Assembly: GCA_963923355.1 (NCBI GenBank)
Contig: CAWUOE010000001.1
Coordinates: 1 to 33,619, forward strand
DNA from: an uncultured Gemmataceae bacterium
Lineage (GTDB): Bacteria; Planctomycetota; Planctomycetia; Gemmatales; Gemmataceae
Reading direction: 5' to 3'
Length of the DNA: 33,619 nucleotides
Part shown: in pieces, positions 25,849 through 33,239 of the stretch
Layout of the letters: every line of letters begins with the position of its first letter
Position numbering within the stretch: the first letter of the stretch is position 1
The notes under the pieces: model-generated
What the model saw: only the letters and a program-made list of their open reading frames with translations
Told to the model about the DNA's origin: nothing
The model's database searches: none
Translations under genes and position numbers: made by a program

Positions 25849-27738
25849 ATGGGCTACAGGAACTTTGGGTTGGGTTTGGCATTGGGCCTGGCAACTTCCG
25901 GGACCTTGCGGGCACAGGTGGCGCCGGCACCGACAGAGGCCGCGAAAGCTGCCTCCGACATGGTGAAGGCCAACTACACCAAGTACGAGTACCAGATCCC
26001 GATGCGTGACGGCCTGAAGCTGTTCACCGCGGTGTATGTGCCCAAGGACGACTCGCAAACCTACCCGATCCTGCTGAACCGCACCCCCTACAGCGTGTCG
26101 CCCTACGGCGTGGACAATTACCGGGAGAAATTAGGGCCCTCGGAACTGTTCCAGAAATCGGGCTACATCTTCGTGTACCAGGATGTGCGCGGGCGCTGGA
26201 TGTCGGAAGGGACCTTTTTGAATGTGCGTCCGCACCTGGCCAACAAGGGACCCAAGGACTTTGACGAAAGCACCGACACCTTCGACACCATCGAGTTTCT
26301 GCTGAAAACGGTTAAGGGTCACAACGGCCGGGTGGGGCAGAGCGGCATCTCCTACCCCGGGTTCAACACCGCGGCCGGCATGATCGACGCGCACCCCGCG
26401 CTGAAGGCGTGCAGCCCGCAGGCTCCTGTGATCGACTGGTTTGTGGGAGATGATTTTCACCACAACGGGTGCCTTTTCCTGGCGCACGCGTTCAACTTCA
26501 TGTCGGGCTTCGGCAAGGAAAGGCAGCAACCCACCCGCACCTTCGGGCGCGTCTCGCATGACCACCAGACGCCGGACGGGTACCAGTTTTTCCTGGACAT
26601 GGGGCCACTGGCCAACGCCGACAAAAAATTCCTGAAGGGCACCATCTCGTTCTGGAACGAGATGATGAAGCACGGCACCTACGACGAGTTCTGGCAGGCG
26701 ATGAACCTGGCACCGCACCTGAAAAACATCAAGCCTGCGGTGCTGAATGTGGGTGGTTTTTTCGACGCGGAAAACCTGTACGGGCCGCTATCCTGCTACA
26801 AGTCCACCGAAAAGCTGAGCCCGGGAGCCAACAACAGGCTGGTGATGGGTCCCTGGGACCACGGTGGCTGGTCGCGCGGGACCGGTGAAGGGTTGGGCAA
26901 CGCCCGCTTCGGGAGCAAGACCTCGGAATACTTCCGGGAAAAGATCGAATTCCCTTTCTTTGAATATCACCTGAAGGGGAAGGGCAAGGACGACCTGCCG
27001 GAAGCGATGGTCTTTGAAACCGGGACCAATGTGTGGCGACGGTACGACACTTGGCCCCCCGCCGACAGCCGCGAGCAGAAGCTGTACCTGCTTGAAAAGG
27101 GCACCCTGGGAACCAAACCCGCAGAGGCCGCAGGATCGGACAGCTACATCTCCGATCCCGCCAAACCAGTACCCCACATCGAGAAGACCACCACCAAGAT
27201 GGACTACGACTACATGACCGCCGACCAGCGGCATGCCTCGCGCCGCCCAGATGTGCTGGTGTACCAGACCCCCGTGCTGACGCAGGACCTCACCCTGACG
27301 GGCCCGATCACGGTGGACTTGCATGTGAGCACCACCGGCACCGACGCAGACTGGGTGGTGAAGCTGGTGGATGTCTTTCCCGCGGACTATCCCGACTACG
27401 ACCCCAACCCGGCCGGTGTGAGGATGGGGAATTACCAGATGCTGATCCGGGGTGAACCGTTCCGAGGCAAATTCCGCAATAGCTTCAGCAAGCCTGAACC
27501 ATTTGAACCCGGCAAGGTGACCCGGGTCAGCTTCACACTGCCCGATGTGAACCACACCTTCCGACCGGGCCACCGGCTGATGGTGCAGGTGCAGTCATCG
27601 TGGTTTCCGCTGGTGGACTTGAACCCACAGAAGTTCTGCGACATCTATTCGGCCACCGAGGCGGACTTCAGCCGGCAGACCCATCAGGTGCACCGTGGTC
27701 CGGACACCCAGAGTTCCATCACGGTGCGGGTGAAATAG
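25849..27738 (+). CDS. CocE/NonD family hydrolase (S15 X-Pro dipeptidyl-peptidase-like), secreted
   Basis: Signal peptide, then PILLNRTPY, the serine motif GISYPGF, and a C-terminal beta-sandwich tail (SSWFP...NPQ). Confidence 0.9.
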   Translation: MGYRNFGLGLALGLATSGTLRAQVAPAPTEAAKAASDMVKANYTKYEYQIPMRDGLKLFTAVYVPKDDSQTYPILLNRTPYSVSPYGVDNYREKLGPSELFQKSGYIFVYQDVRGRWMSEGTFLNVRPHLANKGPKDFDESTDTFDTIEFLLKTVKGHNGRVGQSGISYPGFNTAAGMIDAHPALKACSPQAPVIDWFVGDDFHHNGCLFLAHAFNFMSGFGKERQQPTRTFGRVSHDHQTPDGYQFFLDMGPLANADKKFLKGTISFWNEMMKHGTYDEFWQAMNLAPHLKNIKPAVLNVGGFFDAENLYGPLSCYKSTEKLSPGANNRLVMGPWDHGGWSRGTGEGLGNARFGSKTSEYFREKIEFPFFEYHLKGKGKDDLPEAMVFETGTNVWRRYDTWPPADSREQKLYLLEKGTLGTKPAEAAGSDSYISDPAKPVPHIEKTTTKMDYDYMTADQRHASRRPDVLVYQTPVLTQDLTLTGPITVDLHVSTTGTDADWVVKLVDVFPADYPDYDPNPAGVRMGNYQMLIRGEPFRGKFRNSFSKPEPFEPGKVTRVSFTLPDVNHTFRPGHRLMVQVQSSWFPLVDLNPQKFCDIYSATEADFSRQTHQVHRGPDTQSSITVRVK

Positions 27739-27750
27739 CGGGGAACCACC

Positions 27751-28776
27751 ATGCGCGCACCGCTGGCATCGTTGGCAATTCTCGCCTTCACCGGCTTCTC
27801 GATGGGAATGGGTCCGGACATCTGGCTGACACCCAAGGGGTTGAAGCCGGGTGACACCATCGCCGTGATCGCCCCGGCAGCACCCGCCACCCAACCCGAA
27901 TTCCCGGCTTATGTGAAGCTGATGGAGGGGAAGGGTTACAAGGTGATCAGCAAGCCAGGGCTGGTGGGTCGCAAGCAGCATTACCTGGGCGGCACCGACG
28001 AGGAGAGGGCCGGGGAGATCAACGATTACCTGCGCGACCCGACCGTGCGCATGATCATGCCGGTGCGGGGCGGATTTGGAGTGTCCCGCATCCTGGACCG
28101 GATTGACTACGAGGCCCTGCGCCGGGACCCCAAGGTGATCGCCGGTTATTCCGACCTGACGGCGCTACACCTGGCAGCGGCGCGCCACGCCCGGGTGGTG
28201 ACATTCCATTCACCCATGGCGATGCGTGACCTGTGGCGGGAGAACGAAGCAGCCTTCGCCTTTCCGTGCAAGTCGTTCAAACGAGCCGTATTCGCGGACC
28301 AGTACCTGCCCAACCAGCGGGGATTCGTCGTGGAGTCCCCCGAGGGACACCGGCACACAACGCTGGTGGGTGGCAAAGCGACCGGGCGACTGCTTGGCGG
28401 CAACCTGAGCTTGGTTGTCACCCTGATGGGTACCCCCCACGCGCTGGAACCCAAAGGCGCCATCCTTTTCCTGGAGGATGTGAGCGAGCCGGCCTACCGG
28501 ATTGACCGTTACCTGTCGCAACTCCGGTTGGGCGGGGTGCTGGACCAGGTGGCGGGCGTGGTACTGGGCTCATTCACCACCAAGGACGAACAGGAAGAAA
28601 AAGATACTGATCGTGTCTTAAAAGACTATTTCGGCAAATTGAAAGTGCCGGTGCTGATGCATTACCCCGTGGGGCACACTTCCAAGAACGCGACCCTTCC
28701 CCACGGGGCGATGGTGGAATTGGACAGCGACGGGGGCACCCTGAAAGTGCTGGAAAACCCGGTTCGCGTGGAGTGA
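27751..28776 (+). CDS. ldcA: LD-carboxypeptidase (peptidase S66, muramoyltetrapeptide carboxypeptidase)
   Basis: LKPGDTIAVIAPA, MPVRGGFGVSRIL, GYSDLTALH and HYPVGHTSKNATLPHG match the family. It begins 12 nt after the CocE stop. With start 27751 the N-terminus is a hydrophobic leader, and internal ATGs at 27802/27808 would remove it. Confidence 0.9.
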   Translation: MRAPLASLAILAFTGFSMGMGPDIWLTPKGLKPGDTIAVIAPAAPATQPEFPAYVKLMEGKGYKVISKPGLVGRKQHYLGGTDEERAGEINDYLRDPTVRMIMPVRGGFGVSRILDRIDYEALRRDPKVIAGYSDLTALHLAAARHARVVTFHSPMAMRDLWRENEAAFAFPCKSFKRAVFADQYLPNQRGFVVESPEGHRHTTLVGGKATGRLLGGNLSLVVTLMGTPHALEPKGAILFLEDVSEPAYRIDRYLSQLRLGGVLDQVAGVVLGSFTTKDEQEEKDTDRVLKDYFGKLKVPVLMHYPVGHTSKNATLPHGAMVELDSDGGTLKVLENPVRVE

Positions 28777-28816
28777 CGGGTGGGGGCGGGAACTTCTTCC
28801 CGGCCCATGGCAATAT

Positions 28817-28834
28817 TTACACGAATTTGTGTAA
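28817..28834. promoter_or_regulatory. Perfect palindrome TTACAC-N6-GTGTAA inside an AT-rich promoter-like block
   Basis: Read directly from the sequence. It lies about 150 nt upstream of ATG 28981. The flanking 10-mer ATATTTACAC (28813-28822) recurs at 82-91. Confidence 0.3.
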
Positions 28835-29085
28835 GACTTTCCCGAACAAAGATTTACGGCAAATGACCTTTCCTTGGCGGAGCCTCGCACCTATAGCGCC
28901 GCCCGTGCTTGGGGATTGGCAGTCACGGACGGCAGCCGCCCCCGGCTCAACGCCCCGTTTTCCCTTGGAGAGTCGCAAGGATGCCGACCCTTCCAGCATC
29001 GTGGTTTCGTTGGCTGATGGCACTGTTACCGTGCTACGTGTGGATCGCCGCCTCACCGCCCCGCGCGGGAGCCGGTTGAACCCCG

Positions 29086-29643
29086 GTGGGATGCACACCC
29101 GGCAGTTTGCCGGTGATGATGCCCGGCCAGTTTCAAGCCATGGGTCCGGTGTTTGCACCCGCCCCCCAGCCCGCGCCCTGGCCGCAGCAGCAGCCTGTTT
29201 ATCGTGCGCCGGCTCCCCAGTACCCTAGCCCCCCACAACGTCTGGCCAGTGCGCCGGCACCGCAAGCCGCCCAGCCCAGATTAGTCGCCCGGGGGGCGAT
29301 GCCCGAGGAAGTGCCGGCCCGACCCAGGATGGAAATGCCGGCCCCCGAGGCCTTTGGCCTGGTTGGCGCGCCCTCGGTATCACCCGCCGTGGCGGGACGC
29401 TCCCTAAGCAACCAGACAGTCCAGATCACGGCTGTGAATTGGACTGTGGTGCGTGAGGAACTCCACCGATTGGGGGCCAAGAGCTTCCATGTGGAGCAAA
29501 TGAACGATGGACGCCACCGATTTGCCTGCAAGGTTTCCAAATCGATGGGGCAGACAGATTTGGTGGAGGTGTTCGGACAGAGTGAGGAAGAAGCGGTGCG
29601 GGCGGGCCTGGAGCGGGCCAACGCCATCCGTTACGGATCGTAA
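29086..29643 (+). CDS. Hypothetical Pro/Gln-rich protein with a small globular C-terminal domain, possibly the 3' part of a gene starting at 28981 and interrupted by TGA 29077-29079
   Basis: GC3-rich frame with the C-terminal block VQITAVNWTVVREELHRLGAKSFHVEQMNDGRHRFACKV. The start is uncertain (GTG 29086, ATG 29116/29119). An in-frame upstream mini-ORF has a good Shine-Dalgarno. Confidence 0.55.
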   Translation: MGCTPGSLPVMMPGQFQAMGPVFAPAPQPAPWPQQQPVYRAPAPQYPSPPQRLASAPAPQAAQPRLVARGAMPEEVPARPRMEMPAPEAFGLVGAPSVSPAVAGRSLSNQTVQITAVNWTVVREELHRLGAKSFHVEQMNDGRHRFACKVSKSMGQTDLVEVFGQSEEEAVRAGLERANAIRYGS

Positions 29644-29673
29644 GTTCTGGTTTCACAGAACTTTCGGGGGGAG

Positions 29674-29711
29674 CCCCGGCCGTTCCCATTGGGCGGCCGG
29701 GGTGTTTTTTT
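29674..29711 (+). terminator. Intrinsic terminator upstream of the mraZ promoter region
   Basis: A perfect 9-bp GC stem (CCCCGGCCG / CGGCCGGGG) is followed by TGTTTTTTTGTTTT. Confidence 0.75.
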
Positions 29712-29783
29712 GTTTTGGGTCCCCAAGGAAATCTGGTGACCGTTGCCAACTGGTGGAACCAACTGATACTTTAATGGAGCTTG

Positions 29784-29809
29784 GTGGGGCCAGGTGGGTG
29801 AAAGTGGGG
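29784..29809 (+). promoter_or_regulatory. Putative MraZ operator: three direct GTGGG(G/T) boxes at exact 10-nt phasing
   Basis: GTGGGG at 29784, GTGGGT at 29794 and GTGGGG at 29804, about 50 nt upstream of the mraZ start. They lie downstream of a candidate -35 TTGCCA (29743-29748) and -10 TACTTT (29767-29772). E. coli MraZ is known to bind three TGGGN direct repeats with 10-bp periodicity in its own promoter. Confidence 0.6.
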
Positions 29810-29857
29810 ACAGGAAGGCCCTGATTTTTGGCCCGGGAAGGCCAAAGAGGTGTTTCG

Positions 29858-30301
29858 GTGCTGCTGACAGGAACCCATCGCCGGGCTTTTGATGACAAAA
29901 AGCGCCTGACGCTTCCCAAGAAGGTTCGTGAGGTGCTGGGCGAACCCGCGGTTCTTTACATCGCCCCGGGTCCGGACAAATGCCTGTGGGTGCATACGGA
30001 GCGGGAGCTGGAGCGACTGGCCTCGCGGCTGGATGAGCGGCCCGCCACAGATACCGAAGCGCGGCTGTTTCGCCGTTTGTATTTCGGTCAGACGGAACTG
30101 GTGGAGGTGGACAAAGCGGGACGGATTCTTGTGCCAGACCGATTGGCGCAGTTGGCCGGTTTAACCGGGGAAGTGGTTCTGTTGGGGGTTCGGGATCATT
30201 TGGAATTGTGGGATGCGGGCCATTGGGACCGGTACCGCGCAGAAAACGAACCACAATTCGACGCGGTGGCCCATGGAGCTTTCGAGACCCGGGGAGTTTG
30301 A
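29858..30301 (+). CDS. mraZ: Division/cell-wall cluster transcriptional regulator MraZ
   Basis: Two SpoVT/AbrB-like repeats carry DDKKRLTLP and DKAGRILVP (the DxxGR-x-x-x-P motifs) plus GLTGEVVLLGVRDHLELWDAGHW. GTG 29858 has an AAGAGG Shine-Dalgarno 7 nt upstream. The ORF-track TTG 29828 is less likely. Confidence 0.9.
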   Translation: MLLTGTHRRAFDDKKRLTLPKKVREVLGEPAVLYIAPGPDKCLWVHTERELERLASRLDERPATDTEARLFRRLYFGQTELVEVDKAGRILVPDRLAQLAGLTGEVVLLGVRDHLELWDAGHWDRYRAENEPQFDAVAHGAFETRGV

Positions 30302-30422
30302 GAGAACGGGGTGGCTATCACCCCCCAGCCTTGCGCGTGAGATGACCGGGTGAGCAGACCCGGGCCATCTGCTGGTAGCAGGACGGGATTCCCAGCCCCC
30401 GTCCTTTTACCCTTGCGCAGCC

Positions 30423-30465
30423 GACAGCCCTCCGGCGGGCCGAGCCCCGGGGGGCTGTCTTTTTT
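30423..30465 (+). terminator. Strong intrinsic terminator between mraZ and rsmH
   Basis: A 13-bp stem (30423-30435 / 30447-30459, one G-U pair) is followed by T6 (30460-30465). Four shorter hairpins precede it at 30308-30403. Confidence 0.65.
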
Positions 30466-30554
30466 GCCCAACAGACTTTGCAAAGCCCCCAAATTGCCTG
30501 AATGAAGCCCGTCTTTTTTCCTCCAGCCACCGGAGGGTACGATCCCCGGCCTTG

Positions 30555-31550
30555 ATGATTCGCCTGTGGCCGCATGGAGAACGCACGCCCTTGGGCCGTC
30601 CCGAACACGAAGCCGACGATGATCTGGAAGTGCTGGCACAAGACTTTGGCTCTGAAGGAGTTGGAGCCGGGAAACAGCATGTTCCGGTCCTACCCGTGGA
30701 GGTGCTGGAAGCCCTGCATCCGCAACCTGGCCAGATTCTGGTGGACCTGACATTGGGGGGTGGCGGGCACAGCCGGCTTTTGGCTGAGCGCGTGGGCCCC
30801 ACCGGAAAAGTGTTTGCATTCGACTGTGACCCCAACCAAGTGGAAAAGGCCCGGGAGCGCTTGGCAGGCTTGCCGGTGGAATGCTTGCACGCCCGATATG
30901 ACCAGGCTGGCGAGGTATTGCGCCGGCTAGGTGTGAAGGCGCATGGGATTTTGGCTGATTTGGGTATTTGTTCCGAGCAACTGGATGATCCTGGACGCGG
31001 ATTGGCGTTTCGCCATGAGGGGCCGTTGGATATGCGGTTGGATCCAAGCCGGGGTGAGCCGGCCTGGAAATTGCTGGAAAGGCTGGATGAGAACGATCTG
31101 ACGCGAGCCTTGTTGCGCTACGGCGAGGAGAAGCAGGCGCGGAGGATCGTGCGGAAGATTGTGGAAGCACGGAAGGAGCATCTTCCCTGGACCACCACGC
31201 GGCTGGCCGAGCTGGTGCGGTCATGCCTGCCGCCACGCGGGGTGATGGGGAAGATCGACCCGGCCACGCGGACGTTCCAGGGGTTGCGGATTCTGGTGAA
31301 CGACGAGTTGGCGGTGCTGGAGGACATGCTGCGGCAGTTGCCCGGCTGGCTGGTTCCGGGAGGGGTGGCGGCGATCATCAGCTTCCACTCGCTGGAGGAC
31401 AGGCTGGTGAAACAGGCCTTCTCCCAAGGGGATGTGTGGGAACGGGTGACTCGCAAGCCGGTGATGGCCGGCGAGGAAGAAGTGAAAGGGAACCCGCGGT
31501 CGCGCAGCGCGAAGCTGCGGGTGGCGCGACTGGCCGGCAGGCCATCGTGA
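30555..31550 (+). CDS. rsmH: 16S rRNA (cytosine1402-N4)-methyltransferase RsmH (MraW)
   Basis: HVPVL, VDLTLGGGGHS, FDCDP, GILADLGICSEQLD, RGLAFR..GPLDMRLD, FQGLRILVNDEL, ISFHSLEDRLVK and NPRSRSAKLR match RsmH. The start is uncertain: TTG 30552, ATG 30555, or GTG 30630, which would give a more typical N-terminal length. Confidence 0.9.
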   Translation: MIRLWPHGERTPLGRPEHEADDDLEVLAQDFGSEGVGAGKQHVPVLPVEVLEALHPQPGQILVDLTLGGGGHSRLLAERVGPTGKVFAFDCDPNQVEKARERLAGLPVECLHARYDQAGEVLRRLGVKAHGILADLGICSEQLDDPGRGLAFRHEGPLDMRLDPSRGEPAWKLLERLDENDLTRALLRYGEEKQARRIVRKIVEARKEHLPWTTTRLAELVRSCLPPRGVMGKIDPATRTFQGLRILVNDELAVLEDMLRQLPGWLVPGGVAAIISFHSLEDRLVKQAFSQGDVWERVTRKPVMAGEEEVKGNPRSRSAKLRVARLAGRPS

Positions 31551-31608
31551 TGGTTCCCGCCGATGGGAAGCGACGGCAAGACACAGAAACGGATTTCAGG
31601 GAGCGACC

Positions 31609-33171
31609 ATGAAAACGACTGAAACGGGTGCGAGCATCCCAGGGAATTCAGGAAGGCCACTGGGGCTGTACCTAGGGATAGGGCTGGCTGGCGTGGCCGG
31701 CCTTGGGATTGGATTGGTTGCGAAAACAGCCTGGCAAAAGTCCTTCACCCATACGGCGCGCTCGACAACGCTGGTGACAGCGAATTCGGACAGCACGAAT
31801 TATTTCTCCAAGTCGGAGCCCACTGCGGCGGACAAGTCGATCCTGCAGGATGCTTTTGTGGAAGCTTTTGGCCCGCCCGCCGGCTTGCCTGCCGGTTTGG
31901 CGCAGGCGGCCACGGAATTGCCGGCACCGGAAATCCCCACCCTCTCCCTGGCACAAGCGCAAGCGCCGGTCCAGAAAATCGGCCCGGGGCCCAAACCGGG
32001 TATTCGACCCAAGACACAAGATCCTTTAGCCCCTCTGGCTTTGGGCCCCAAAATCATCCGCCATATAGGACCTGACGGGCTAGAGCGGATCGGAATTGAT
32101 TTCGAAAATTCCCAGCAGGGCCAAAATCCACCCATTCAAATCATCAGAAGGTTCGGGCACCCCTGGCAGGCAAAAGTGTGGGCAATTGCCCAAAACATGG
32201 ATAAAAAAGACCTTGATAACCTGAAGGAATGGGCTGGCAATTCAGCAATCAAGGTTCTGATCCAAGACGATTGGAGCGATGGCTCGGCAGCCTCCCTCCT
32301 GGAGATGGATGAGGACTTTTTCAATGGTTTAGGCAGTATCCTCGTCCAACGTCGGAGCCCTGACGGCACGACACGGGTCGGCGTGGACACGGACCGTCTG
32401 GGGCGAGATTTCAACCTGGTGATCCCCGCCAAAGAGAAGGCTCCCAAGCAGGGCAACAGAAACAATCAGATTGCCCAATCCGAGGCCCAGCCAGGCATTT
32501 TTGACGGGCTGATCCAGCAGGCAGGGTTCTTCATCCCTTCAGGCGACGCAACAAACACCGATGGCAAGCAATCCGGCGGGGGAGCTGGAGGTATGGCAAA
32601 GGTTGGCCCATCGACTCCCATGGGGATAGACAAAGGCACGTTGGGTTCGCAGGAACCGGAACCACTGATCGGTTCGTTCACCACCGAATTTGAGGATGGC
32701 TACCTGAAACTGCCCGAGGAGCTGGCCGGCTGGGTTGTGGAGGGGAAAGTCTTCATCGCGCCGGGACCGGACGGCGGGCTGCGCATGGCAACCCTGGACG
32801 ATCTTGAGACGATGTTCGGTATCGAGAACGAGCCACCTTCCCACCGTGGTGGCGAGGTTTCCGCCAGCGAACAGGCTCAAGCCATTCAATCGATGCGCCG
32901 TAACATGCGTCGGTTTTACGGGCTGATGACCGCCTGCGTGCCCGAAGAGGACGAGGATGGCAACCTGTGGATTCCCCTGGGAGACCAGATTGCCAAGCAA
33001 GCGGGTCTCTCGGGCGAAGTGGTGATCGCGGGAATGCGGACGCATGCGGAGATCTGGTCCAAGGCACGCTGGGAAGCTGAACTGGCCCAACCCAAAGGGC
33101 AAGAAGCACCCAAGCCCCTGGAACTTCAAAAAGTGGAGATCCGATCCAAGGCGTCCACCCAGGCCAAATGA
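31609..33171 (+). CDS. Membrane-anchored protein with a C-terminal MraZ-like (double SpoVT/AbrB) domain
   Basis: AGGGAG Shine-Dalgarno lies 5 nt before ATG 31609. The TM helix LGLYLGIGLAGVAGLGIGLVA spans about 31657-31722, followed by a ~310-aa Pro-rich/unknown region. Residues ~353-493 align along their whole length with the adjacent MraZ. Confidence 0.85.
   Translation: MKTTETGASIPGNSGRPLGLYLGIGLAGVAGLGIGLVAKTAWQKSFTHTARSTTLVTANSDSTNYFSKSEPTAADKSILQDAFVEAFGPPAGLPAGLAQAATELPAPEIPTLSLAQAQAPVQKIGPGPKPGIRPKTQDPLAPLALGPKIIRHIGPDGLERIGIDFENSQQGQNPPIQIIRRFGHPWQAKVWAIAQNMDKKDLDNLKEWAGNSAIKVLIQDDWSDGSAASLLEMDEDFFNGLGSILVQRRSPDGTTRVGVDTDRLGRDFNLVIPAKEKAPKQGNRNNQIAQSEAQPGIFDGLIQQAGFFIPSGDATNTDGKQSGGGAGGMAKVGPSTPMGIDKGTLGSQEPEPLIGSFTTEFEDGYLKLPEELAGWVVEGKVFIAPGPDGGLRMATLDDLETMFGIENEPPSHRGGEVSASEQAQAIQSMRRNMRRFYGLMTACVPEEDEDGNLWIPLGDQIAKQAGLSGEVVIAGMRTHAEIWSKARWEAELAQPKGQEAPKPLELQKVEIRSKASTQAK
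32665..33087 (+). other. MraZ-like domain of the 520-aa protein
   Basis: Repeat 1 is FEDGYLKLPEELAGWVVEGKVFIAPGPDGGL, compared with MraZ FDDKKRLTLPKKVREVLGEPAVLYIAPGPDKCL. Repeat 2 is DEDGNLWIPLGDQIAKQAGLSGEVVIAGMRTHAEIWSKARW, compared with MraZ VDKAGRILVPDRLAQLAGLTGEVVLLGVRDHLELWDAGHW. Confidence 0.75.
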
Positions 33172-33239
33172 ATAGGACCACACGGAACCATGAACGAGCC
33201 ATCGATTAACGGATTAAAAACGGGAGAATAGCCGTGGCC

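Noticed and set aside
29077-29103. Selenocysteine reading of the in-frame TGA, with the downstream hairpin acting as a SECIS element.
   Set aside because: The hairpin is short and imperfect, and the context (GAG-TGA-TPV) is not a redox motif. No sel genes are visible. It is kept only as a low-probability option within the TGA finding.
28773-29228. A 151-aa ORF starting with a GTGA overlap on the ldcA stop, which suggested translational coupling.
   Set aside because: It runs straight through the AT-rich promoter-like block. It encodes Gly/Arg/Pro/Ala-rich sequence without structure-like segments, and it overlaps the better-supported frame-1 gene.
30196-31236. A 346-aa minus-strand ORF antisense to mraZ/rsmH. 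Similar long antisense ORFs are 6755..7909(-), 3267..4175(-), 23035..23913(+), 24820..25692(+), 24573..25667(-), 22045..22911(-), 18996..19940(+), 26788..27573(-) and 10894..11496(-).
   Set aside because: Each lies opposite a gene with clear family motifs. Their products are Arg/Pro/Gly/His-rich low-complexity sequence with no recognisable motifs, which is the expected stop-codon-poor antisense frames of a GC-rich genome.
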